NCBI GenBank assembly: GCA_964587045.1
Contig: CAZPJY010000010.1
Coordinates: 1 to 47,609 of the forward strand
Length of the DNA: 47,609 bases
Origin: an uncultured Methanosarcinales archaeon
GTDB lineage: Archaea; Nanobdellota; Nanobdellia; Woesearchaeales; CAZPJY01
Direction of reading: 5' to 3'
The notes under the pieces were generated by a model. That model searched no databases and was not told where the DNA came from. It saw nothing but the letters and a program-made list of their open reading frames with translations. Both the position numbers and the translations under genes were made by a program. Below, one piece after another: positions 39,173 to 47,609 of this stretch. How positions within the stretch are numbered: the first letter of the stretch is position 1; each line of letters opens with the position of its first letter.

Positions 39173-39739
39173 CAAAAAAAAGACAAAGAAACCCCCCTTC
39201 TCTTCAGGGAATCTGTCTATAAAGTGGCAGAAGCCGTATTCGACCGGCCTATGAGAATGTTCCACATTCGGCTGTTGGAAAAAGAAACGGGCCTGTCGAC
39301 CACCGCTATAGTCAGCGCTGTGAACAGGCTAGAGAGGCTTCGAATCGTGAAAGTCGAGAAGACGGATCTGACTACCAACATCACTGCGGACATCGAATCT
39401 GAGGCATACAGATTTTACAAGACAATGGTCAACCTCTACAGGCTTGAGAGGCTTGGGGTTGTTTACAAGCTCGTGACCTTATTCAATCTTCCAAAATCAA
39501 TCGTCCTTTTCGGCTCTTTTGCCAAGGGAGAGGACCTTGAGGGGAGCGACATCGACATTCTCGTGGTAACTCCGGAAAAAAAGATGATGGTCTTAAATCA
39601 ACTGCTTGCTGAATGGGAAAGAGCTCTCAACAGAAAGGTCAACCTCGTCATCTTGTCATCTTTGGAGTCAAGCGAGCCCCAGTTCAGGAATGCGATTGCC
39701 AATGGTATTGTACTTTATGGGTACTGTAAGGTGATCTGA
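39167..39739 (+). CDS. Minimal nucleotidyltransferase (MNT) antitoxin with N-terminal wHTH
   Basis: HIRLLEKETGLSTTAIVSAVNRLE (HTH); IVLFGSFAKGEDLEGSDIDILVV. Confidence 0.9.
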   Translation: MLQKKDKETPLLFRESVYKVAEAVFDRPMRMFHIRLLEKETGLSTTAIVSAVNRLERLRIVKVEKTDLTTNITADIESEAYRFYKTMVNLYRLERLGVVYKLVTLFNLPKSIVLFGSFAKGEDLEGSDIDILVVTPEKKMMVLNQLLAEWERALNRKVNLVILSSLESSEPQFRNAIANGIVLYGYCKVI

Positions 39740-40179
39740 TGATCAGTTTTGATGCCTATCTAAAGCTTGGGAAGGTGAAGAAGAAGTCTGCTGATCCAGA
39801 AGAGGCTTCATCTCTGATGCAAAAAGCGAGGAATAGACTTCGTTATGTTGAGGCTCAGGAGCTAGATGACGACTCTGCCCCTTTCATATTTGAGAATGCA
39901 TACCTATCAGCAAGGGAGGCCGCCCAATCATTATTATCGCTTGCGGGATTTAAGCCATATTCTCATGAGGCGACGATAGCTTTCATCAAGGAACATCATA
40001 GTAATATACTTGATGAAGCTGATGCTGCTGAATTTGACAGGTTAAGGCAATTGAGGGCGGACTCAGAATACCGTGCTGTCAATATTTCTGTCGATGAGGC
40101 AAGGGAATGCGTAGCATTCGCCAAATCCTTTACCAAGAGAGCCTCAAAGAAACTAGAAACCGCCGCGGCCCGGATTTGA
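39739..40179 (+). CDS. HEPN-domain protein (putative toxin)
   Basis: Coupled to MNT (TGATG); AYLSAREAAQSLL..G.KPYSHEATI, FDRLRQLRADSEY. Confidence 0.85.
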   Translation: MISFDAYLKLGKVKKKSADPEEASSLMQKARNRLRYVEAQELDDDSAPFIFENAYLSAREAAQSLLSLAGFKPYSHEATIAFIKEHHSNILDEADAAEFDRLRQLRADSEYRAVNISVDEARECVAFAKSFTKRASKKLETAAARI

Positions 40180-40244
40180 ACCGGGAAATCCCGAAGGAAA
40201 CCTGCTCTCGAGGCAGGCGCAGTACCGAGTTGTGCCACCGCGGC
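40161..40244 (-). tRNA. tRNA-Ser(CGA)
   Basis: Acceptor GCCGCGG/CCGCGGC, G discriminator, stem CCTGC/GCAGG with loop CTCGAGA, long variable arm, T-loop TTCAAAT. Confidence 0.93.
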
Positions 40245-40317
40245 AACAATCTTTCCAAGAATCCCCCCAACTTTATAAACCTAGTGGGAAGGATTAAATA
40301 CTTTCGCAGCGCAAGTC

Positions 40318-40542
40318 ATGCACGGTATGGGGGAACCGTCTGAGCAGGAGCTCGAGAAGTACCTCTTTGGCTTGAAACCGACTGAGAAGTGCCAGTACAT
40401 GACAGGCTCCGTCGTGGACCTGTGCACCATAGGGACAGAATGCAAGTTCAAGGGCAAGGAAACCTTTTCGCTCAGGCACGGCTCCATGCCCGAATGCAGG
40501 CGCGTGCGCGTGATGGAGCTCAAGCGCCTCCTAGGGCGGTGA
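40318..40542 (+). CDS. Small hypothetical protein with four Cys
   Basis: 74-aa ORF, TATA-like element about 25 bp upstream. Confidence 0.55.
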   Translation: MHGMGEPSEQELEKYLFGLKPTEKCQYMTGSVVDLCTIGTECKFKGKETFSLRHGSMPECRRVRVMELKRLLGR

Positions 40543-41857
40543 GGTAGGTTTCCCTGCTCTTCTCCACCTTCTCCTGGTACCAGTCGCCTGCGTAGTGCAG
40601 GGCTGTCGCGACGTCGACGTTGTTCTGCCTGAAAGTGTGCTTTCCTCCTTCGAACGGCAGGGGTATGCTGATGTTCCGAACGATTTCCTTCTGTTCTTCA
40701 GTCAGCACCCTGTTCTCCTTCCACTCAGCCGCTTCAGGAAATAGCCTGTTCAGCCGCTCGACCTTCTCGTTGAGGAAGGTCTGGAAGTGCCTGAACAGCG
40801 GGACGTAGCAGCTGCTGCACGCTTCCTTGACCTTATTGATAGTCTCTTTCGGCATGCCGGTCAGGCGCTGTGCGTACGCGTCGCCCCACTTCCTCTTCGC
40901 CGCTGCAAAGATTGCAGCGTATCCTTCGTAGTCGTGCAGCCCGTCGATGTCCCACATACGCCAGAAGTCGTCGTGCTCCACCTTCATCCTGGCCTTCAGC
41001 TGACCCTTCTCGTCCAGCACGAAGCTTGCGGTCGCGCTCGCCTTCTCCTCGCTAAGCGGGAACCAGTCCTTCTTGACCAGGTAGAGTCCGAACCTGGGCA
41101 GGTGCTGCAGGGTCCTGACAGGATGGCCCAGCTTCCCCAGTATCAGCTTGAGTATGGGCGCCGCCTGCCTTCCTCCCTTCCTGTTGCTGTGGAAGAGGTC
41201 TGCGATGGTCCCCACCCTCTCGCCGCCCCTGCTGTTGAAGGTCAGCGCGTTGAATTCCTTGAGGGCGACTGTTCGGCCGTCCCTCTTTCGCATGTAGTCG
41301 TAGAAGGTGCGCGCTATGAACTCCGGGACGTAGGAGAAGATGGTCTGCCTGCCGTTGAGGTCCATGACGATGTCGTTTTCCCTGATGTCCTCGTCGGCCA
41401 TCATCGAGTAGATGTTCCTGATCAGGGGCAGGTCGCCTGAGTACGCGGCCATCACGTCGTCATCCCCCATGCCGCTCTCTGTGCTAAGCCTCCTGATGGT
41501 GTTGCCCAGGCTTGGGCTGTTGCCTTCGTGGATCAGGTTGAGCCCCTTTCCCATCGCGTCCGCTATCCTCTGCCCGAAGTCCAGCACCTCATCAGGCCCT
41601 ATCAGGCTGGTGGTTGCGGGCGACGACAGCGCGTACATGAGGGGGTATGCGAAGATGGGCAGGCCGTCGAGGTTGTAGATGAACTTGACGTCGTTTCCCC
41701 ACTTGCCGTAGGAGCGGTAGAACGGAAGCGTCTGGCACTTCTTCTCTGCCAGGCGGTCCTCTAGGTACTTGTTGACCGCTTTCCTGTCTGCTTTCTCCTG
41801 GTCGTAGACGTCGTAGCTGGCCATGATGCCGATGTGTGTCGCCGGGTAGGTGTTCAT
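40520..41857 (-). CDS. Hypothetical protein with possible GT-A/MobA-like NTP-transferase fold
   Basis: KFIYNLDGLPIFAY, LIGP, YSGDLPLI, WDIDGLHDY resemble sugar-nucleotidyltransferase motifs. Confidence 0.55.
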   Translation of the reverse strand: MNTYPATHIGIMASYDVYDQEKADRKAVNKYLEDRLAEKKCQTLPFYRSYGKWGNDVKFIYNLDGLPIFAYPLMYALSSPATTSLIGPDEVLDFGQRIADAMGKGLNLIHEGNSPSLGNTIRRLSTESGMGDDDVMAAYSGDLPLIRNIYSMMADEDIRENDIVMDLNGRQTIFSYVPEFIARTFYDYMRKRDGRTVALKEFNALTFNSRGGERVGTIADLFHSNRKGGRQAAPILKLILGKLGHPVRTLQHLPRFGLYLVKKDWFPLSEEKASATASFVLDEKGQLKARMKVEHDDFWRMWDIDGLHDYEGYAAIFAAAKRKWGDAYAQRLTGMPKETINKVKEACSSCYVPLFRHFQTFLNEKVERLNRLFPEAAEWKENRVLTEEQKEIVRNISIPLPFEGGKHTFRQNNVDVATALHYAGDWYQEKVEKSRETYLTALGGA

Positions 41858-41894
41858 CAGTGCCGGGAGATGAACAGGGTATATAAAAAGGTTG

Positions 41895-42485
41895 TCAGAG
41901 CAGCTTTCCCTTGACCCTGCTCCTCCTCTCGTCCTCCAGGTCTAGAAAGTCTTTCTGCGCGTTCTGCAGCCAGCTCATGCTGGCATTTACGGAGTCCTTC
42001 ATCCTGTCTATTTGTGCCATTATCTCCCTTGCGGTGCGGTCCCATAGCTTCATCTTCTTCTGGTTCTTCTCGCTTTCGGCGTAGAGGTTGTGCGAGTCCC
42101 TCAGGATGATCTTGTTGATCTCGTAGGACATGCTCTCGATCATCGGGATGGCGGCAGAGTCTATGCGGTTTATGGCCTCGAAGCAGTCCTCTGCAGCCTT
42201 CGGATTTGGGTAGGCTGACCTGTAGTTCACTCGGAGGTCGGCAAGAATCCTTTCCCTCTTCTCGTGCAGCTTCTGGAGGTGCTTGAGCTGTTCCTCCAGC
42301 ACCAGGACGTTCTTGCCCATCTCCTCGATGAGCTTGACCTCGAGAACGATCTGTTTCTGGAAGCCCTGGGCGTCGCGGATCTCCTTTTGCAGCATCTGCT
42401 CCACCCTCGCCAGGTGCCCCTGCTCAGCGAGCTCCTTCTTCCCCTCTTCCTCCAGACGGCTGTTGAATCCAATAACCTTAGACAT
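41895..42485 (-). CDS. Hypothetical coiled-coil protein
   Basis: ATG at 42485 (MSKVIGFNS) with TATA upstream; helical composition. Confidence 0.7.
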   Translation of the reverse strand: MSKVIGFNSRLEEEGKKELAEQGHLARVEQMLQKEIRDAQGFQKQIVLEVKLIEEMGKNVLVLEEQLKHLQKLHEKRERILADLRVNYRSAYPNPKAAEDCFEAINRIDSAAIPMIESMSYEINKIILRDSHNLYAESEKNQKKMKLWDRTAREIMAQIDRMKDSVNASMSWLQNAQKDFLDLEDERRSRVKGKLL

Positions 42486-42635
42486 CAAAGTGGTTCTGGT
42501 CTTGTAGTTATATAAAGATTTCCAAAAGATTCTTATAGCGACCCGGCTTCCCACCTGCTCATGTACAGGCCCATCCTGTTCGACACCGTCTCCTGCTCAG
42601 GGAGATGAGCGTTTAATTCTCAGAGGTAGTTCCAA

Positions 42636-43580
42636 ATGGCATACGTAAAGGACTTGTTATGGAAGAAGGGCATGAAGGCATCGGAGCTCGCGCTCGCATT
42701 GGACGACGTGGGCTTCCAGAGCGTCCAGCTTGGCAACGCGAGGAAGGTCATACTTAAGATGAGGAAGGAGGGGGCGAAGATCTTCCTGACCTTCACCTCC
42801 AACATGGTGACCTCAGGGCTAAGGGGCTTCTTCGCCCAGGCGATCCGCCTCGGGATGGCTGATGTCATAGTCACGACCGTCGGCGGCATCGAGGAGGACA
42901 TCATGAAGTCGCTCGGCGAGAGGTTCGCGATAGGCAGGTTCTCGACTGACGACGTGGAGCTGTACGAGAAAGGGGTCAACCGCGTCGGCAACCTCATGAT
43001 CAACAACGAAAGCTACTGCGCCTTCGAGGACGCGATAATCCCCATGCTCGAGAAGGCGTACGCGAAAAAGAAGCGCTGGGCGGTGTCCGAGCTCCTCTCT
43101 GATATTGGAAGTCATATCGAGGACGAAAACTCGATCCTGCGTCAGGCTTACCAAAGGAAGGTGCCCATTTTCTGCCCTGCGATTACTGACGGCTCATTCG
43201 GCTTCCACCTTTACCTTTTCGCGCAGAAGCACCCCGACTTCGTAGTCGACGTCGTCGAGGACTTCAAGAACATCCTCTTCAGCACGAGCCACGACGACAA
43301 GAAAGGGGTCATCGCTCTTGGCGGCAGCATCTCGAAGCACCACGCGCTGCTCGCCTGCCTGCTCAACGGAGGGCTAAACTACGCAGTGTACCTCACGACC
43401 GCTAGGCACACGTCGGGCAGCATGTCTGGCGCGACGACCGACGAGGCCAAGAGCTGGGGCAAGGTCAAGGACGACTCCGACGTCGCGACCGTAGTAGGAG
43501 ACGTGACCATAACATTCCCTCTGCTGATGGTTGCGGCCTACGAGGAGCTCGCAGAGGAAGGTATAATCAAGGGTGATTAG
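42636..43580 (+). CDS. dys: Deoxyhypusine synthase family protein
   Basis: GFQS..LG, FTSNMVTSGLR, NRVGN, FCPAITDGSFG, GSMSGA..EAKSWGK with the catalytic Lys. Confidence 0.93.
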   Translation: MAYVKDLLWKKGMKASELALALDDVGFQSVQLGNARKVILKMRKEGAKIFLTFTSNMVTSGLRGFFAQAIRLGMADVIVTTVGGIEEDIMKSLGERFAIGRFSTDDVELYEKGVNRVGNLMINNESYCAFEDAIIPMLEKAYAKKKRWAVSELLSDIGSHIEDENSILRQAYQRKVPIFCPAITDGSFGFHLYLFAQKHPDFVVDVVEDFKNILFSTSHDDKKGVIALGGSISKHHALLACLLNGGLNYAVYLTTARHTSGSMSGATTDEAKSWGKVKDDSDVATVVGDVTITFPLLMVAAYEELAEEGIIKGD

Positions 43581-44606
43581 ATGGCAAGATTTGTGCTATC
43601 AAAATCAAAAGTGATCTCCAGGTTCGGAGAGGCAAAGGAGCTGGCAGATGAGGTCTCATACAGCCTCAAGACAAACCCTGAGGTGGGGAAGGTCCTCGAG
43701 CAGGAGACCGACTGCTGCTTCTCCGTGCATTCGCTCCCCCTTCTCTCAGAAATCGTTGACAAGTCGAGGGTATGGTTTTTCGCCCAGGCGTGGAATCCCA
43801 AGCTATTGACGAAGCTCACGTCGATTGGTGTGAGGCGCTTCGTCGTCGACAACTCAGCTGACCTATCAGTCCTGCTCGCCTTCCTCAAAGGCTACAGGGG
43901 GAAGGTCGACCTGATGCTCCGCATGCGCCTCAAGGAGCAGACCATCCACACGGGCAAGCACTTCGTCTTCGGCATGTACGGCCGCGAGATCGGAGAGCAT
44001 ATCCCCAAGCTTAGGGAGAACAATAAGATCCAGAGCTTGGGCGTGCACTTCCACAGGAAGACCCAGAACATCTCCGAGTGGTCTCTTGTCGAGGACTTCT
44101 CAGCGGCTGTCGGTGACGACATCGCAAAGATGCTCGACGTCGTGGACATCGGCGGCGGCCTGCCAGTCGAGTACAAGAACTCGAGGGTCGAGGTGATGGT
44201 GGGCATCAAGAGGAGGATCATGGCCTTCAGGGAATGGCTCGCAAAGAGGGATGTCAAGATGATAGTCGAGCCCGGCAGGTTCATAGCAGGTCCGTCATTA
44301 GAGCTTGAGACCAAGGTCATTTCGGTATACTCAAACAATGTGGTGGTCGACGCGTCTGTCTACAACGCGGCGATGGACACCTTCGTCGCCCACGTCCGCC
44401 TCAAGGTTAGGGGGGAGGCTGAGAAGGGTGAAGCGTACACCATCAAGGGATGCACTCCCGATTCCATGGACATTTTCAGGTACCGCGTTTACCTGGAAAA
44501 GGAGCCGAAGGTCGGCGACACAATATTTTTCGAGAACGCAGGAGCGTATAACTTCTCAACAGAGTTCTGCGGTCTGCAGAAAATAAGCACTGTGATAACA
44601 GATTGA
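43581..44606 (+). CDS. PLP-dependent group IV (Orn/Lys/Arg/DAP) decarboxylase
   Basis: SYSLKTNP (PLP Lys), HFH, DIGGGLP, VEPGRFI, GCTPDSMD, AGAY. Confidence 0.9.
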   Translation: MARFVLSKSKVISRFGEAKELADEVSYSLKTNPEVGKVLEQETDCCFSVHSLPLLSEIVDKSRVWFFAQAWNPKLLTKLTSIGVRRFVVDNSADLSVLLAFLKGYRGKVDLMLRMRLKEQTIHTGKHFVFGMYGREIGEHIPKLRENNKIQSLGVHFHRKTQNISEWSLVEDFSAAVGDDIAKMLDVVDIGGGLPVEYKNSRVEVMVGIKRRIMAFREWLAKRDVKMIVEPGRFIAGPSLELETKVISVYSNNVVVDASVYNAAMDTFVAHVRLKVRGEAEKGEAYTIKGCTPDSMDIFRYRVYLEKEPKVGDTIFFENAGAYNFSTEFCGLQKISTVITD

Positions 44607-44642
44607 TTCTCCATACCTTTATATAGAAGAGCTGTTCAACAG

Positions 44643-45569
44643 GTGCTTATGGGCATGCGTTTTGGGGTAGTATTAATCGTTCTTGTGCTAGTGCTCACTT
44701 CCGGATGCGAGCTGCTGGACCTCCTTTCAGGTCCTTCTATAGACCCGTCTGACCCTTATGATGAGAACTGCAACCTCAAGCCTGAGTACCAAAAGGACTG
44801 GAAGAAGTATTCCGATTTCGACTACCGCATCCCGATGGAGTCGCGAAGCTATGAGGCGCAGCAGTATTACAAGGCAGTCGACGACATAGCTGAGAAATCT
44901 GCCAAGGTTTATGAGCTGGAGAGGGACATGGCTATTGAGGAGGTCGCCAAGCAGAACCTCATCGACATGAAGCAGGCGGTGTTCATAGGCAACAAGAAGA
45001 ACCTCGTCAAAGCCTTCATCAGGCTCTCTTACGTGACAGCGCACACCATTGTCAAGGCATCACAGGCCGGTAGGTCTTATGGGGATATGCTTGTGGATCC
45101 GACCAAGAACGGTGTGCAGGTGCTTGGTGAGGTCATCAAGGCTGTCGATCACCTCGACCCGCCCAATTCCGCCATCGCTATTAACACCAACACCACGCGC
45201 GGTAAGGTCAATGAGGTCGCCCGTGCTGGCTGGCAGGAGACGCTGACATCTTTCGGCGACGGCACGGCCACCGGGACTGCGATGGCGAAGAAGGCTTTGG
45301 AGCTTGCGACCAAGGCGCCTGAGCCTAAGCTCTCGGAGGCGGACTTCGCGATCCTAAAAGCCGAGTACCAGGAGATGAAAAGGCTTGATGCCGAGATCCA
45401 GAACTCTGATGCCAGGCTGTTCAAGATGCTCTGGGAGAAGCGCGCCCTCGAACAGCAGATAACCTATCTCAAATCTGACCTTTGGGATTACGAGATGGAC
45501 GAGAAGGAGAGGACAGACTCGATGTTGATTGCCGAGTGCGAGCGAATCAAGGAGAGGATGGAAGAATGA
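44643..45569 (+). CDS. Putative lipoprotein, helical
   Basis: Lipobox-like LVLTSGC after a hydrophobic stretch; true start may be 44649 or 44655. Confidence 0.75.
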   Translation: MLMGMRFGVVLIVLVLVLTSGCELLDLLSGPSIDPSDPYDENCNLKPEYQKDWKKYSDFDYRIPMESRSYEAQQYYKAVDDIAEKSAKVYELERDMAIEEVAKQNLIDMKQAVFIGNKKNLVKAFIRLSYVTAHTIVKASQAGRSYGDMLVDPTKNGVQVLGEVIKAVDHLDPPNSAIAINTNTTRGKVNEVARAGWQETLTSFGDGTATGTAMAKKALELATKAPEPKLSEADFAILKAEYQEMKRLDAEIQNSDARLFKMLWEKRALEQQITYLKSDLWDYEMDEKERTDSMLIAECERIKERMEE

Positions 45570-46066
45570 GGTACGCGACGTTGCTTGTTGTGCTGCTTTT
45601 GATGCTTCCTGCCGCCTACGCTGTCGAGACCCTCAAGGTCGGCGGCTACAAGATCCAGTACGACCAGGTGCTCAAAGGAGACAGCGACTTCGACGGCATA
45701 AACGACCGCACCTCTTACTACCTCGATGACGAGCTGGTTTTTGCCGCGTTCGACACTGACGGCGACGGCAAGGCTGACATGTGGTTTCGCTACCCCGACG
45801 GTATGCACAAGGATCTCGCGATGAGGGACACCAACGGCAACGGCAGGCCTGAGAACATCCTCGAGTACGACGAGGCCGGGGACATCACCTCTGAGGTGGA
45901 GAAGGGATTCAGGATGCCTGACCTCTCGGGTCTGCTGAATGTTAAGGGCGCTCTGTACGGCGTGATAATCCTTGCGGTGCTCATCTTCGCAGTGACCAGG
46001 CTGCGTAAGAAATCCAAACCTGCAAAGAAGAAGTCCAAGAAATTGAAGAAGAAAAAGAAAAACTAG
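45566..46066 (+). CDS. Secreted, C-terminally anchored protein with Dx[DN]xDG Ca-binding-type loops
   Basis: ATG 45566 overlapping the upstream stop; signal peptide; [28 protein letters not shown]-terminal TM and Lys-rich tail. Confidence 0.8.
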   Translation: MRYATLLVVLLLMLPAAYAVETLKVGGYKIQYDQVLKGDSDFDGINDRTSYYLDDELVFAAFDTDGDGKADMWFRYPDGMHKDLAMRDTNGNGRPENILEYDEAGDITSEVEKGFRMPDLSGLLNVKGALYGVIILAVLIFAVTRLRKKSKPAKKKSKKLKKKKKN

Positions 46067-46257
46067 TTCTCAAATATGAAGAGCTCGTCGACTGTGGAGC
46101 CGAGGGCGTTTGCGATGTCGTGGGCAAGCTTCAGCGACGGGTTGTACTTGCCCTTTTCCAGGAACACGATGGTCTCCCTTCGCACGCCGGCCTTCCTTGC
46201 GAGGTCCTCCTGCGTCATGTCGTGCCTGGCCCGGAACTCCTTGATCCGCGTCTTCAT
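46063..46257 (-). CDS. XRE/Cro-C1 family HTH regulator
   Basis: [32 protein letters not shown]. Confidence 0.95.
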   Translation of the reverse strand: MKTRIKEFRARHDMTQEDLARKAGVRRETIVFLEKGKYNPSLKLAHDIANALGSTVDELFIFEN

Positions 46258-46668
46258 CTAGATCTCCTGCCGGTTGTAGTACGCCCAGCAGCCTGCGAAG
46301 AGCAGGGCCATGCACCCGACCGATATGCTGGTGGCCTGGCTGACGTCCCTGAATGGAATCATCTCCTCTGACAGGAAGCCCACCGCCAAGAGCAGGTACA
46401 GCGAGATGTAGAACGCTGTCGAGCTGGCCTTTTCCATCACTCTCCTGCTCCTCTCGTCCTTGATGGGGAAGCCGTTCTTTATGTCTTGGTTTCCCCTCTT
46501 GTAGACGAAGAGCGCGAACACGATTATTATCAGCGCGATGATAGCTGCGAGGACCCCTCCCATGATCTCTCCTTGGGCGAAGGACTGGTATGAGAACAGG
46601 GCTCCTGTCAAAATGACCGCTATTGCGACGAAGAGTATCGCGAGCAGCCTCACCTTTTCTTTTTTCAT
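46258..46668 (-). CDS. DUF2178-like membrane protein
   Basis: Four TM segments with KDERSRRVMEKAS; typical partner of small XRE regulators. Confidence 0.8.
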   Translation of the reverse strand: MKKEKVRLLAILFVAIAVILTGALFSYQSFAQGEIMGGVLAAIIALIIIVFALFVYKRGNQDIKNGFPIKDERSRRVMEKASSTAFYISLYLLLAVGFLSEEMIPFRDVSQATSISVGCMALLFAGCWAYYNRQEI

Positions 46669-46685
46669 GGTGAATACCTCCTTGG

Positions 46686-46747
46686 GTTAACTATTTTGCA
46701 CATTTTGTTATATATAATTAACCTTATGTTAGAAATAGATAACATAA
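46686..46747. promoter_or_regulatory. Tandem GTTA-N8-TAAC operators upstream of the DUF2178-XRE operon
   Basis: TTATGTTA-N8-TAACATAA (46724-46747), GTTA-N8-TAAC (46707-46722) and a half-match at 46686; GTTA starts are 21 bp apart. Confidence 0.6.
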
Positions 46748-46884
46748 CTAGTATTTAATTGTTGTGATTTTTCTGGGGAAAATAGAATCAAGATGCCCCG
46801 CAGGGGAGCCATTTTATTTCTATACTTTTAGGGCATTTGTGATAAATAATTGTAGGAATTGTGATACATTTGAATTGAATTATT

Positions 46885-47163
46885 CTACTTAATCAATATA
46901 TATAATAAAAGTAGTCCAACTAAAATAATTAAACCTGCATATGGGACAATAAACTTAAACCATAGAGGGTACCTTGCACGAGTAAACCATACTAAAAACC
47001 ATCCCGACCAAAAAATCATAGCTGCAAGTAGAATAAAATTAGGTGAATCATAAATTTCTTTAATTTGACTTAGGAGAAGAATTGATCCAGATACAAGTCC
47101 TGCTATAACTGCTGTTAAATATGTTAAGACATCATTTTTAGTTTGTTGAGAGATTTTTCTCAT
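46885..47163 (-). CDS. Small AT-rich membrane protein
   Basis: Three hydrophobic segments; A/T-ending codons unlike the host genes. Confidence 0.65.
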   Translation of the reverse strand: MRKISQQTKNDVLTYLTAVIAGLVSGSILLLSQIKEIYDSPNFILLAAMIFWSGWFLVWFTRARYPLWFKFIVPYAGLIILVGLLLLYILIK

Positions 47164-47207
47164 TGATTGCTCAGTAAATATGTTATATTAAAAGCTATCC
47201 TACCAAG

Positions 47208-47586
47208 GACTTCTTGCCTTTGTTTGTACACAACAAAGGATATTACTCCTTCATGACAATATTTAAATAGAATAGTATCTGACAATGCACTGTTGGGGGT
47301 GGATTAATGAGAAGCAGTCAATGGTTTATTCTTGGAATGTTTTGCATTCTGATGATGCTATGGTTTATACGCTTGGATTCTAATTGGAATGCTAGCTGTG
47401 ATGAATTTGATGGATCTTCAGAAGTAACTAAAATGGACATTGTAGCATGTGTAAATTCTGAGATTACAGATCCATTGATATACCTCTTGTTTCCTTTAGG
47501 AATAATATTCTTAATTTTTGGATGGATAGAGGATTTCGCAGAGAGAAAGAAAAAGCGGAAATAATCAGTGACTTCTTGCCTTTGTT
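47208..47586. repeat. 17-bp direct repeat GACTTCTTGCCTTTGTT at 47208-47224 and 47570-47586
   Basis: Two exact copies bracketing the 47307-47564 ORF and its upstream region. Confidence 0.8.
47307..47564 (+). CDS. Small AT-rich two-TM membrane protein
   Basis: GGGGGTGG RBS-like element, two TMs with a Cys pair in the loop. Confidence 0.65.
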   Translation: MRSSQWFILGMFCILMMLWFIRLDSNWNASCDEFDGSSEVTKMDIVACVNSEITDPLIYLLFPLGIIFLIFGWIEDFAERKKKRK

Positions 47587-47609
47587 CCCCCTGCTAAGCG
47601 GATTTCTCA

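Overview
Archaeal chromosomal window. Gene content and style fit DPANN, most likely Woesearchaeota; this is an inference, not a database result. Left to right: (1) a >2,600-aa secreted surface protein on the minus strand (7817 to <1), missed by the ORF track because it runs off the window; (2) just upstream of it, a 198-aa tyrosine-recombinase-fold protein that has lost most catalytic residues, preceded by an intergenic region with three 28-bp 11-6-11 dyad sites sharing the arm GTTTCCCTTTT; (3) a divergent archaellum locus (three long archaellins, an ArlC-like/DUF5752-like fusion, a wHTH regulator, one ArlF/G, ArlH, ArlI, ArlJ); (4) housekeeping genes (dtdA, uL11, intron-containing tRNA-Met, tRNA-Ala, gltX, thermosome, rhomboid, cmk, FKBP, ftsZ-secE-spt5), interspersed with two different histones and an H1-like Lys/Ala repeat protein; (5) two coupled Cys-rich surface proteins, one about 1,650 aa with 237-bp repeats across an assembly gap; (6) an MNT-HEPN pair abutting tRNA-Ser, a deoxyhypusine synthase plus group IV decarboxylase operon, and an AT-rich patch at the right end. 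Best candidate for an undescribed system: a catalytically dead Xer-like protein acting as a DNA-binding regulator at recombination-site-shaped operators between a giant adhesin-like gene and the archaellum genes. All calls come from manual reading; no searches were run.
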